Shown here: one piece after another, positions 22,201 through 34,668 of the stretch | How the letters are laid out: every line of letters starts with the position of its first letter | Numbering within the stretch: the first letter of the stretch is position 1 | Source of the DNA: Scenedesmus sp. PABB004 | Lineage: Eukaryota | Assembly (NCBI GenBank): GCA_014905635.1 | Contig: JABVCE010000045.1 | Span: 62,001-126,000 of the forward strand | Reading direction: 5' to 3' | DNA: 64,000 nucleotides | The notes under the pieces: generated by a model | Seen by the model: the letters and a program-made list of their open reading frames with translations, nothing else | Database searches by the model: none | What the model was told of the DNA's origin: nothing | Made by a program: the position numbers and the translations under genes

Positions 22201-25200
22201 CTCGAGCTGCTCCAGCGTCGACTGCTGCTCCCCCAGCTGCGACTGCCAGACCTCCAGCTGCGACTGCTGCGCAGCCACGCGCGCCTGGTCTGCGCGGACC
22301 TGCTCCTGCAGCTGCGGGGCGGCGGCGCGGCGCGCTCGGCACCGGCTGCGCAGCGCGGCCGCCGGTGCGGCGGGCCGCTGCGCGCTCACCTGCTGCAGCT
22401 GCTGCCGCTGCGCCGCGATGGCCCGCTCCGCCTCTGCCGCGGCAGTCTGGCTCGCGGTGCCGCGCTCCCGCGCCGCCGCAGCCGCCGCGCGCGCCGCCTG
22501 CTCCGCCGCCGCGACCGCGCTCTCGCGCTCGGCGGTCGCGGCCTCGCGCCTGGCCAGCTCCGCCTGCGCCGCCTCGAGCAGCTTTGCCTTGAGCTGCAGC
22601 TCCGCGGCCGCCTTGACCTCCGCCAGCTCCATGTCGCTGTGCAGCTTGGTCCTGCGCAACAGGACAGCGGCCGCGGCAGGCTCGCGCCGCTGGCTGCACC
22701 CGCGCCGCGCCGCGCCGTGCCGCCGCGAGGCGGCCCTCACCGCTCGACCGCGAGCGCCGCCCGCATGCTGCTGCTGCTGCTCGCCAGGTCGGCGACGAGG
22801 CGCTCCTGCCGCGCGGTGAGCTCCGCCGCACGCTCCTCCAGGTCGGACAGTCCGCGCGTCAGCAGGCCTGACACCTGCGCGCGCGCGGCGGGGCGGCGCC
22901 TCGCTGTGACGGGCAGCGCCGCGCGGGCAGTGGCGCGCGCGCGTGCAGCGGCGCGCTGCTTTGCCGCCGAGAGGGCGCCGCCGCGCCTGCTTCTGGTGGC
23001 CCTCCAGCCGCGACCGCACGCTCGCCTCAAGCGCGTCCAGCTGCTGCAGCGCCGCGCCCTGCGCCGCGGTGAGCTGCGCCTGCAGCCCCGCCAGGCCCGC
23101 CGCGCGCGCCTCGAGCGCAGCCTCGCGCCGCGCCAGGTCGGCGGCGGCGGCGGCCTGCTGCTCGCGCAGCGCGCTGGCCGCCGTGAGCGCGGCCTCCGCC
23201 GCCTCACGCTGCTCGGCAAGCTGCTGCCCGATGCGCTCCAGCTCGGCGCGCTCCGACTCCTGAGGGCGGCGGGCGGCGGGCGGCGGGCGGCGTCGGCGGC
23301 TTCAGCGGACGGCCGCGCTGAGAGGCACGCCGCGCAGCCGCAGCGTGCCGCAGCCGCGGTCGCTGCCCGCCCGGCGCACCAGCGCCGCCTGCTGCTGCGC
23401 CAGCGCGTCGCGCGCCATCTCCACGTCGGCCGCCTGCTTGCGGCTGGCCAGGCGCAGCTCCAGCTGCTCCGTCTTCAGCGCCGCCTCGGCTGCGGGGCGG
23501 CGCAGCACGGCGGACGCGCCTCAGCGCGCGCCCCGGGAGCAGCCGCGCGCGCCAGCTCGCGCCCGGGCCCGCACCTTCGGACAGCGCCTCGCTGCGCGCC
23601 GCGACCGCGGCCTGCTGCGCCTCCAGCGCGCGCCGCTGCTCCCCGAGCTCGACCTTGCTGCTGCTCGCCTCGGCGGCCGCCGCCGCGCGCAGCGCCGCGA
23701 CCTCGCCCTGCAGGCGCGCGCGCTCGGCGAGCAGCTCCTCCGCCTCGCGCTGCGTGAGCTGCGCCGTGGCCGCCGCCTGCTCGCGCGACGCCGCGAGCGC
23801 CTGCTCCCCGGCCGCGAGTGCCGCGGCCTTCGCCTCGAGCTCCGACGCGAGGCCCTCGAGCGCCGCGCCGCGCTGCTCCAGCGCCGCGCCGCGCGCCGCC
23901 AGCTCGGCGTCCTTGGCGCCCAGCTCCTCCAGCGCGGCCGCCTGGTCGGCGCGCCATGCCGCCAGCGCCGCCTGCTCGCCCGCGAGCGCGCGCTGCTGCT
24001 CGGCCAGCCAGGCGCGGTCCGACTCGAGCCGCTCCAGCCCCGCCTCCAGCTTGCCCTGCGCCGCCTCGAGCTGCGCGGCGCCCTGCGCGAGCGACTGCTC
24101 CTGCGGGGCCCGCGGCGGCGGCGTGCGGGCGGTCAGCGGCGCGCGCGCCACGCCTCGGCGGCCCCGCACGCCGCCGCGCAGGCCCAGCCCCTCGATCCTT
24201 GCCTTGATCCGCGCCTCTGCCTCGCGCGCCGCCAGCTCCACCTCAAGCCGCGCCAGCCGCTCCGCCTGGCCGAGGCGCGGCTGCAGCGTCGCCAGCTCGG
24301 ACGCGACGCTGCGTGCGCGGAGCGGCGAGCCGGCATCGTCGTCAGGCCCCGCCCCGCCACGCTGCGCGCGCGCGCGGCAGCGGCCGGCAGCAGGCCCGGC
24401 CCCCCGCGCCTCACCGCGCGCCCTCGGCCGCCAGCTCCGCCTCCTTGCGCGCCGCCGCGGCCGTCGCGGCGCGCAGCGCCTCCTCCTGCGCCGCCAGCGC
24501 CGCCGCGCGCGCGGCCAGCGCGCGCCGCTCGTCAGCGATCGCCCCCAGCTCGTCCTCCGCCCGGCCCACCAGCCCCGCCTGCGCGTCGACCTGCGGCGGG
24601 CGGCGGCGGCGGCGAGGCCGGCGGCGTGAGCGCGGCCCGCCGCCGCCACGGCGTTTGTGGCCAGCCCCCTTCTCCTCTCAGCTGTGTCGCACCTCGGCGC
24701 CCTTAGCTGACAGCGCCGCCGTCGCGCGCGCGAGCTCCTCCTGCGCCGCCTTGACCTCCGCCTCGCGCTGCGTGACCGCCTCGAGCCGCGCGGCGGCGCT
24801 CGCCGACATCTCAGCCGCCGCCTGCGCCGACGCGTCTGCCGCCGCCTCCTTGCGCGCCGCGGCCGCCGCCTGCTCCGCGGTGCGCGCCTGCGCGGCCGCC
24901 AGCTCGGCGCCGCCGGCCGCAAGGCGCGCGTCGGTCGCCTCCAGGGACTGCCGCTTCTCCTGCGGCGCGCCGGCGCCGCGCGTGCAGTCCGCGGCGTGAG
25001 CGAGCCGCCGGACCCGTGCCGCGCGCCGCTGCCCGCTGCGGCAGCGCCGCGCGTCCCTCCGCCTCCTAGGCCTAGGCCTCCCCGGCCCGTGGCCGCACCT
25101 CGAGCTGCGCCGCGAGGCGCTCGAGGTGCTCCCGCTCGCGCCCGAGCTCGCGGCTGAGGTCCTCGAGCTGCCGCTCCTGCTCCGCCAGGCTCGCCGCCTG

Positions 25201-25324
25201 CTGCGCGAGCTGCCCCGCCTGGCCGTCCAGCGCCTCCTGCTGCGCTTTGACGCCGCCCTCCGCGCTGGCGGCGCGCGCGGCGGCCAGCTCCAGGCTCACC
25301 GCCCAGCGCTGGGGCGCGGCGCGA

Positions 25325-25359
<35 letters not shown>

Positions 25360-28300
25360 GCGGCGGCACGTCAGCCCCAGCGCGCACGTCGCGCGCAGAG
25401 CGCGGCGCAGCGGGCGGCGCGGCCGCCCCCGCACCTGCAGCGCGCTCTCGCGCTCCAGCAGCGCCGCGCGCCGCGCCTCGGCCGCAGCGACCAGGCTGTC
25501 CGGCGGCAGGCTGGGGTCGAGCAGGCCCGACGGCCCGCACCCGCCCAGGCTCGCGGCCGCGGCGCCGCCGCCGGTGCGCCAGGTCGCGCCGCCGAGCGTG
25601 CTGCCGCCCTGGAGGCAGTGCGGCACCTTGTCCTGCGGCGGCGCGGGCGGCGCATGCGGCGCGGGCGACGCGCGTTGGCGTGGGGTTCGTGAGGCAGGCC
25701 GCTGCCCTCCGGCGCCCTCTCACGCCCTCCCACGCCGCCGTCCCGCTCAGCCCGCCCCAGCACGCGCCCAGCACCCCACGCCCGCCCGCACCATGCCGAT
25801 CACCATCGCCGCCGCCGCCGCGCCGGCCGCGTCGCCGGCCTTGAGCGCCGCCGTGGTCGCGTGCAGGAGCTGCCAGCTGTCCTGCAGCTGCCCCTCGCGC
25901 GCGTCCAGCGCGCCCTCCACGCCCGCCAGCGCGCGGCGCGCTGCGTCGACGGCGCGGCGCTGGCGCTCCAGCTCCTCGCCGCGCTGCGCCGCGGCGCCGC
26001 GCTCGGCCTCCAGCTGCCGCGCCGCGGCGGCGAGCGCCTCCGCCTCGCGCGCCTGCGCCGCCTGCTGCGCCGCGGCCGCGTCGGCGGCGCGGCCAAGCGC
26101 GCGCTCCTGCTCCGCCGCCGCGGCCTCGCGCTCCTTCAGCGACTGCAGCGGCGCGGGGCGCGGGCGTTGAGGCGCAGGCGGAAAGGCGCACAGCGCGGCT
26201 GCGCGCTGCAGGCTGTCGCCGCCGGTGCGCGCACCTGCAGCGCCGCCGCGACCTCCGCCGCCTGGCGGTCCACCTCGCGCCGGCCCGCCTCCAGCCCCGC
26301 CTCCAGCCCCGCGAGCCGCGCCTCCTTGGCCCCGAGGCTCTCGCGCTCCACCCGCACCTCCTCGCGCAGCGCCTCCGCGGCCTTGAGCTGCGGCGGGCGC
26401 GCCACGCGGGCGGGCGGGCAGGTCCGTGGTTGGGCGCGCGCGTGCGCGGCGCGGGGCCGCCACGCCGACACGATGCGCGGCGGGCGCCGCCGCCGGCGCG
26501 CACCTCCTTGGCGGCGCGCGCCTCCATGCCCGCCATCTCCCGCCGCACGCTCTCCACGGTGCCCTTCTCCTCGGACAGCCGCGCGCGCAGCTCACCCATC
26601 TCGCGGCCGCGCGAGCCCAGCTCCGCCTCGCCCGCGCGCAGCTCGCCCTCCCAGCGCGAGAGCTGCGCCTCGCGGTCGCCCAGCTCCTTACGCGTGCGGG
26701 CCTCCCACGCCTCGAGCTCGCGGCGGCGCTCCTCGGCCGCGCCGGCGGCGCTTTTCGACGCCTGCTCGCGCGCGGCCGCCTCGGCCTCCCTGCACCGGGC
26801 GGGCGGGGCGGGGTGGAGGCCCGGGCCTGCTGCCGGCTCGCTGCCCGCCCTGCCGGCGCAGCCGCGCCCAGCCGCGCGCGCACCGCCGCGCCAGCGCCGC
26901 GTGAGCTGACGCGCGCAGCTCCTCCAGCTCGTTGGCGCGGCGGTCGAGGCGGGCCTGCAGGTCGTTCAGGGCCGCCTCGCGCTCCTGCGCGGCGCGCGCG
27001 CAGCCGGGCGGGCGGGGCGTGAGCGCGCGCGGGGCCGCGGCCGTCGCGGCCCAGGCCGTCGCTAGCGCCGCGTCACCCTGATCTGGTGCTGCAGCTCCTC
27101 CTTGGTCTCCCGCTTCCAGGCGACAAACGCCTCGCGCTCCTGCGCCAGCGCGGCCGCCTGCTTGCCCAGCGCCGCGCGCTCGCCCGCGAGCTCGGCGGCC
27201 GCGCCCGCCGCCGCCTTGGACTCGGCCGCGATCTCGCGCTGCAGCTGCTCGCGCAGCTCCTCGAGCTCCCGCTCGCGGCCGCACAGCTCGCCGTCCAGCG
27301 CGCGCAGCCTGCGTGCGGCGGGGCGGCGGGGCGGCGCGTTTGGCCGCGCGGGGTCGGCCGCGGCGACGCGCGCCCCCGGCGGCGCGCTCCGCACCGCTCC
27401 TCCTCGCCCTCCAGCGCCTTGCGCCGCTCCTCCAGGCCCGCCTCTGCCTCCGCGCAACCCGCCTCCCACGCGCGCAGCCGCTCCTCCTGCTTGGCCAGCA
27501 GCCCGTCGAGCTCGGCCTGCTGCGCGGCGTGCGCCGCCGCCAGGGCCTCCTCGCGCTGCGACAGCGCGTCGCTCTCCATCTGGCGGCGGCGCGGGGGCGG
27601 GGGCCGCGGTCAGCGCGCGCGCGGGCCCGCGGCGAGCGGCGCACCGCCCGCCGCGCGCCGGGCGCGCCGCACCCGCTGCAGCTTCTCCCACTCCGCGCGC
27701 TCCTCGCCGAGCTGCGTGAGCAGCAGCTCGCGCTGCGTCACGAGCCCGCCCACTTCGGCGGCGAGCTCGTCGTAGCGGCGGCGCAGCTTCATGACCTCAG
27801 CGTGCCCCGTCTCCAGCGCGCTCTGCGCCGCGGCGTCCGCCTCCTCCGCCTCGGCCGCCGCGGCGGCCTTGGCGGCGGCGAGGCGGTCCACCTCCTCCAC
27901 GTGCGCGGCAATCTGCGGTTCGCCGGTGACGCGGCCGTCGGCTGCCCGGCCGCGCGCTGCGCGCGGCGCCGCGCCGCGGCCGCCTGCGCCTGGCGGCGCC
28001 GGTGCGCGCGCGCGGGCTCGCCTCTCGCTGCAGCTCGGCGAGGCGCTCGCTCCCGGTCATGTAGTCAGCCTCGGCCTCGCGCAGCTGCTTGTTGAGCTCA
28101 CGGGTCGCCTTCTCCGCGCGCGTGAGCTCCGCCTGCGCCGCAAACGCGGCCTCCTGCTGCTCCTGCTGCGCCGCCGCGAGGCCGGCCTCGCGCCGCACCA
28201 GCGCCGTCTCGCGCTCCTGCGCGCGCGGCGCAGGGCGGTTGAGCACGGAGCAGCGGCGGCGGCGGCAGCAGCGACGGCAGCGGTGCGGCAGCAGCCCCGC

Positions 28301-29832
28301 AGCGGCGCGCCTGCAGCTCCTGCACGGCCTCCTGGCGGCGGGCCTCGAAGCTGGCAAGCTGGCTGGACACCTTGCTCGCGTCGGAGGTGAGGCTGGCCTG
28401 CTGCTCCTCCAGCTCCGCCTGCTTTGCCTGCGGCGAGCGCCCGCAGCGCCGGCAGCCGACCGGGGGTGAGCGACGGGGCACACGCCACCCACCATCAGGC
28501 ACGCCCGCGTCTGGCGCCCACCTGCAGCGCGGCGGTGTGCCGCTCCAGCGCGGCCTCGGCCTCCTCCGCCGCCGACTCCCGGCCCGCCAGGGCCGCCTCG
28601 CGCGCTGCGTGCTGGCTGGCTGCAGCCTGCGAGGGCGGCCGCGGGCGCCGGTGACGGCCGGCCACGCCCGACAGCGCAGCGCCCCCGCGCCGCCGCCGCG
28701 CCCGCGCCGCCGCACCTGCATCTCCGACAGCGCCACCTCCCGCTCCCGCAGGGAGGCCTCGGCGGCGGCAACCTGCGCCAGCGCGCGGCGCGGCAGGGAG
28801 TCGGCCACGGCGCTGCCGGGCGCCGCGCGGCTGCCGCCACATCCGCGTGGCGCCCACGCGCCCACCCGCTGCTGGAAGTCCTTGAGCCGCGCTGTGAGGT
28901 CGTCCTGCTGCTGCCGCAGCTCCTCCGCCTCGCGGTCCACCGCCGCCTGGCGCTGCAGCGACGCGGCCTTGATGGCATCGATCTGCCGGCGCCGCCGCGG
29001 GGGCGGGCGGCCGCGCCGGCTCAGCCGCCCGGCCCGGGCCCGGCCTCGAAGCGCTGCACCCGCGCTGCCCCCGCGCCGTCGCCGCCGCCGCTCACCACGG
29101 CCCGCTCCTTCTCCAGCGCCGCCTGCTGCTGCGCCGCCTGCTGCTCGAGGCCCGCCTTTTGCGCCAGCAGCTCCTCCTGCAGCAGCACCTGGAAGTCTGC
29201 CGCGTCGCGCTCGCGCGCCACGGCCGCGCCGTCGCGCTCACTGCGGGCGCAGGCGTGCGGCCGTGGGCGGCGCGCGGGCGGCGCGGCGCCGCCCCCGCTC
29301 CGCCCCGAGCGGCGCGCGGCCGCCCACCTCCTCGCCGCCGCGAGCGCGCGCTTGGCGCGCGCGACCTCGGCCGCGACACGCTCGAGCTCCTCCGTCGCGT
29401 CGCGCGCGCCGCGCTTGGCCGCCGCGGCCGTCACGGTCGCGAGCTCCGCCTCGCGCCGGTCACGCGCCGCCTGCTTGCCCAGCGCCGCGATCTCCGCCTT
29501 GAGCCCATCCACCTCAGCGGCGTAGCGCCGCCGCGCCTCCTCGACCTGCTTCAGCAGCGCCTTGCTCGCGCGGCGCACGAGCGCGCCGTGCCGTGCGTCG
29601 CCGCCGCCGCCGCCCGGCTCGCCGACGCCGGCGCGGCCCTGGTCAGCGGCCGCGGCGCCCTGCGGCGCGGCGCGGCGCGGCGCGGCGCGGCGCGGCGCGG
29701 CATCAGCGCCCGCCGCTGCGTGGCGCCGCCGGGGCGCCGGCGCGGCGCCGCAGTCGGTGCGGGCGGCGGCGTCGCGCGACCCACCCCCAGGCCCTCGTCC
29801 AGGGCGCGCAGCAGCGCCTCGAGGTCCTTCAT
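19232..29832 (-). CDS. Giant coiled-coil protein, many short introns
   Basis: ATG 29832 (MKDLEALLRALDEGL). Dozens of CAG|GT-bounded exons rich in A/E/Q/R/L heptads (e.g. REAALSQAQQELD, REEALAAAHAAQQAELD). Tail LEQHQALLAQWEEKVARQLEFISELQSPTKR...ATPLR*. A single gene is inferred from continuity. Confidence 0.7.
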
Positions 29833-30217
29833 GGCGCCCGCGGCGCCGCGCGGCGGGCGCGGCGCCGAGCCTGGCGCCCCTGGCTTTGACCGCCCTGCCT
29901 GGCCGCCCCCGCTGCGTCCGCGGGCCCGTCAGACGCCCATGGGCGCGCTGCCTCCCTGCCGGACCGCGGGGCGCGCTGCGCGCGGGCGGCGAAGCAGCAG
30001 CGACAGCTGCCGGCGAACGGGAGCGAGGGGCGCCCCTTACGTGCTGGATCGACGCAAAATTTGAATCCCAGACCCCCGGACGAGCGCGGCAGCGTGCGGG
30101 TCGTTTTTGCGCGGCGCCGCCCGCCGGCCTGCCGCGCGCGCCAGGCGGTCGTTTCGGCCTCCCGCGGCTCGCCCGCACCCGCCTCACGCCCATCCATCCA
30201 CATACCAGCCCCCGCGG

Positions 30218-31611
30218 TCAGCCGCCACCGCCCGCGGGCGCCAGCGCTGCCGCCGACGCTGCCGCTGCGCGCCCGCCCGCCTCGAGCGCCGCGAGCTTGG
30301 CCAGCAGCGGCGCCTGGGCCTCGCGGAACTGCTCCTCCATCTTGCCCCGCAGGTAGCCCTGCGCGCGGTGCCGGTGGGCCGCAGCGCACGCACGCACGCA
30401 GCCGCCGCGCACGCCGCCGCGCACGCCGCCGCGCGCCGCGGTGCCGCGGCAGCTCACCACCTCGCGCTCGAGCGCGGCGAGCACGCGGCCCTTGATATCC
30501 TCCGGCAGGCTCGCCTCGTACTCCTCCTGCAGCGCGCGCTCGCGCGCCTCCTCGGCCGCCGCCGCCGCAGCCGCCGCCTCGGCGCGCTGCCGCTCCTCGG
30601 CCTGCGCGCGGGCGGCCGGCGGCGCGGCGCGGCGCGGCGCGGCGCGGCGCGTCGCGGCGCGTCGCGCGGCAGCAGCGCCCAAGCGGCGCCCCCACCTGCC
30701 GCTGCTGCTCGTCCAGCAGCTGCTGGTGCGCCTCCTCCGTGAGCGCGCCCGCGAGCGGCGGCGGGCGCGGCGGCGCCTCCACGAGGCTGCCCGGCGCGTG
30801 CGTCGCCACGCTCGCGGTCACCCTGTGGCAGCGCCGCCGGGGTCGCGCGGCACGCCTCGCCCGCCGCCGACCGCCGACCGCGCCCGCCGGCAGCGGGCTC
30901 GCTGCCGCCCGCGCGCTGCGCGCTGCGTGCGCGCCGCGCGCGCAGCCCACCGCTGCGTGAAGGCGTACTGGTAGAGCTTGTAGTGGGCGTAGTAGGTGCC
31001 CAGCGCCCAGCCCAGCACCGCGCGCACCTCGGCGCCGCTGAACACGCCCACGCTGAACGGCGGCCTGCGCGCGCGGCGGCCGGGCGCGGCCGGCTGGTGG
31101 GCTGGCTCGAGCCGCGCCGCGCCGCGCTGCGCCACGCTGTGTCGCGCCGCGGCGCACCGCTGCACGCTGTGGTTGAGCAGGCCGTCCTTCAAGAGCGCGA
31201 AGCTGCGCGCGACCGGGAGGCGCCACGCCACCGACGCGCCGTGCGTCTCCCTGAGCAGGCCGAAGAAGCAGGAGAGCCGCTCGTCGTCAAAGCCCCAGTC
31301 CTGCGCACGCGCGCGCGCGCGCGAGCGCGGGCGTCGGCGCCGCGCTGGCGGCGCGGCGGCTGTGCGGCGGCGCGGCGCGGCGGGGCGGCACCTGCTGCCG
31401 CGCCCACCTCGGCCTGTCGCAGCGCGTAGCTGTACAGGTCCAGCGTGATCGCGTCGAGCGGCGCGTCGCCCGTCAGCTGGTCGCCCACCGCGGCGCACAG
31501 CAGCTGCCGCGCCGCGGCGCCGGGCGCCTGGCGCAGCGCCGCGACCCGCTCCCGGCTGAGGTGCTCCCAGGCCAGAAAGCGCGGCGCCGACAGCGGTGGC
31601 GGCGGCTCCAT
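30218..31611 (-). CDS. CFAP119: CFAP119/CCDC189-like flagellar central-pair C1a-32 (CLAMP family) protein
   Basis: MEPPPPLSAPRFLAWEHLS...LDLYSYAL|..GFDDERLSCFFGLL...SFALLKDGLLNHSVQR|PPFSVGVFSGAEVRAVLGWALGTYYAHYKLYQYAFT is the family HSV.RPP.S..F / TY..HYKLY.Y.FT signature. Coiled-coil tail ends at 30218. Confidence 0.85.
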
Positions 31612-31945
31612 CGCTGCGGCGCGTTGACCGCTCGCGCGCGACGTCCCCGGCAGCGGCGGCCGAGGCGGCAGGCGGTGCGGCTGCGGGCCTGAATTGCAGC
31701 AGCCGCGACCTGCTCTCCTGCGCGGCGGGGGAGCGGTGCGCCGCACATCCGCTGCGCGCGTCGTGGCGGAGCGCCGGCCGGCGCTGCACCCCACGCGACG
31801 CGCCGCCGCCCGGCGGCCCCAGCTACCAGCGGGCGCCCTTGACGGCCGCCGCCTCAACTGCCCAGGACCGGCGCCACGCAGGGCAGGCAGCGCATGGCGG
31901 CGCCGGCGCGGCAGCGGCAGCGCCACCGCTGAACGGCGCCGCGCC

Positions 31946-33503
31946 ATGGGCCTCCAGCGGCACCAGCTGGAGGTTGGCCTCATCGCGCTCTCGGGAGCGC
32001 GGCTGGCCGCGGCGCTGTGGAGCGCTGCAGGTGCGGCGGCGGTTGGCGCGGCGCTGCCGCTGCAGCGTCGGCCGGCGCGTCGGCCGCGCGAGCCGCGCCG
32101 CGCCCCGCAGGCCCCTGGCACGCCGGCCTGCTGGCTCTCGTGCACTTCCTGGCGCTGGCACTGGAATTCGGCTGCACGCTGGGTGAGCGGCGGCGGCGAG
32201 CAGCGGCGGCCAGCGTCGCCGGCGCCGCGCCCACCGGCGCCGCGCCGCACGCCGCCCCCGCAGGCTCGCCGTACGCACTGCGCAAGTGCGAGTCTCACGG
32301 CCTCGCCCAGGGCGTGCTGGCGCTGCCCTCCCTGCTGGCAGCACTCGCTGTCGCCGTGCCGAATGGTACGCGAGCGGCGCGGCGCGGCACGGCCGCGCTG
32401 TGCGGCGGCGGCAGCAGCAGCAGGCGTAGCAGCAGGCGCAGCAGCTCCCCGCCGCCCGCTCACCGCCGCCGCGCCGTCCCCGCGCCCCCGCAGAGCGCTG
32501 GCGGGCTTGGCACCTGGGCGCGTGCGCGGCGGCGCTGGCGCTGCTGACGACGGTGGCCGCGCAGTCGCGGCTGGCGGCGGCGCGCCGGCGCGCGCGGCAT
32601 CGTTCAACGGGCGGCAGGAGGCAGCAGCATAGCAGCGCCAACGGGGCGGCGCCGCCGCCGCAGGCGCAGGCGCGCCTGCGTCCCGGCGGCGCCCGGGAGC
32701 AGCCCGGCGGCGGGGAGCAGGAGCGCTCTGCGCTCCCTCTCCCGGCGGCCGCGGTCGGCGCGGCCATCGCGCTGGCGGCCGGCTGCTGGCTGGCGCCGGC
32801 GGCGGCCCGCCGGCAGCTGCAGCGGGCCGCCGCGAGGGCGGGCGGCGCGGCGGCCGCGGCGGCCTGGGGCCGGGCGCGCGCAGCGCCGCTGCCGCGGCCG
32901 CGCTCGCGCCCGGGCTGTACTGCCTGGCTATGGGGCTGCTGCCGCGCTGCTTCAGCATCGGCGAGGGTGCCCTGCTGGCGCAGGGCGCCGCGGCGCTGGC
33001 CGTCGCGGCGGCGCGCGCCCTGCCCGACGCGCCCGCCTTTGTGCCGGCGGCGGCGTGCGCCGCGCTGCCGCCGCGCGCGCTCGCGGCGGCGCGGCGCCTG
33101 GGCGCGTGCAGCGCCGCCGCGCGCGCGCGCGCGCTCAGCTTTGGCGCGCTGCCGTCGGCCGTGCTGCTGGTGCTGGCGAGCATCCTCGCCGCGTGCCTGA
33201 TGCTGCACGGCCTGATCGTGGCGCTCCGGCACGGCGGGCCGCGCGCGGGCGCCAAGGCCGCCGCCAGCGCTGCGCGCGCGCCGCGCCTCGCGGCCGCCGC
33301 CGCGCTGGCATGCGGCCTCGCCGCCGTCGGCGCGTGGCTGGGCGCCGCCGCGGCGTGGACGGTGCTCGAGTTCCTTCCCGCCCGCGCGGGGCGCTGGCGC
33401 GTGCTCGCCTACTGGGCGGCCGTGCTGGGCGCGACGCTGCCCGCGCTGCGGCTCTGGGCGACGCGCAGCCCCGTGCCCCAGGTGCGTGTGCGGGCTTCCA
33501 CGC

Positions 33504-33570
<67 letters not shown>

Positions 33571-34476
33571 TCTCTCTCTCATTCTCTCTCTCTCTCATTC
33601 TCTCTCTGTGTCTCTCTCTCTCGTCCACCCCACCACCCGCCCACCCGCCCAGATCATCGTGCGCAAGGTCTACCACATCCTCGCCATCTGCCTCTTCGTC
33701 CCCGCCTTCTTCACAGACCTGCCCCTCCTCCAGCTCTCGCTGGCCATCTCCTTCGCGCTGCTCGCCGCGCTCGAGGCGGCGCGCGGCGCGCGCGCGCCGG
33801 GGCTCAGCGCCGCGGTGACGCGCTTCATGCAGGCGCGCGCCGCCGCCCCCGCAGCGCGCGGCTGGCCCATGCGCGGCCGCCCCGCCGGCGCCGCGGCCGC
33901 CGCTGCCGCGGCCTGCACGCGCGCGCGTGCCTCCCCAGTGCGTTGCGCCCCCCCCCCCCCCCCCCCCCCGCCCTCCCCGGCCGCGCAGGAGTTTGTGGAC
34001 GAGCGCGACTCGGGCGTGATCTACGTGACGCACTTCACGCTGCTCCTCGGCCTCGCCGCGCCGATGTGGCTCACGACCGCGCTGCCCGGCGCGGAGGGCT
34101 TTGCCGCCGGCGGCGCGCCGAGCGCCGGCGCCGGCGGCGACGCGCTGCTGCTCGTGGCGGCGGGGCTAAGCGGCGTCGTGATCATCGGCGTCGGCGACAC
34201 CGCGGCGTCGCTCGTCGGCAAGCTGCTCGCCGCGTGCCCGTGCACGCCGGCAGCCGCAAGACGGTCGAGGGCACGCTCGCGGGCGTGTCCGCGTCGCTGG
34301 GCGCCTGGTGCCTGCTGCTCGGCGGCGCGGGGCTCGCCGGCGGCGGCGGCGCGTGGTGGGTGCAGCTCGTCGCCGCAACGGCGGGCGCGGCGCTGTTCGA
34401 GGCGTGCACCAGCCAGCTCGATAACGTGCTGCTGCCGCTCTGGTACCTGCCCCACCTGCTGCTGGTGCCGCGGTAA
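31946..34476 (+). CDS. DOLK: Dolichol kinase (SEC59/DOLK-like); apparent 1-nt deletion at ~34229
   Basis: Multi-TM protein with IIVRKVYH, EFVDERDSGVIYVTHFTLLLG, GVGDTAASLVGK, then in a shifted frame SRKTVEGT and CTSQLDNVLLPL. Confidence 0.9.
33505..33621. repeat. Intronic (CT)n microsatellite
   Basis: Read directly; lies in a DOLK intron. Confidence 0.95.
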
Positions 34477-34668
34477 CCCGTTTTTGATGATGCTCCGCGC
34501 GTGTGTCGGTCCGGCGCGGTTCCGCTGCGCCCTGGCCGGCCGCTCCGCTGCGCCGCGCAGACAGCCGCCGCCGGTCGCCGCCACACCGCGTCTCCGCTGC
34601 CGGCCGCCCGCGGCGTCAGGGCCGCGCATCCAACTCATTCTTGTGGCGTGCGTGGCCGGCACAGCGAG

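Noticed and set aside
18924..22592. 1222-aa plus-strand ORF and similar S/A/C-rich ORFs up to ~29500
   Set aside because: Antisense of the coiled-coil exons (CAG/GAG/GCG codons read backwards).
34200..34260. Programmed ribosomal frameshift or pseudogenisation of dolichol kinase
   Set aside because: No slippery sequence; same -1 signature as four other sites, so an assembly error is more parsimonious.
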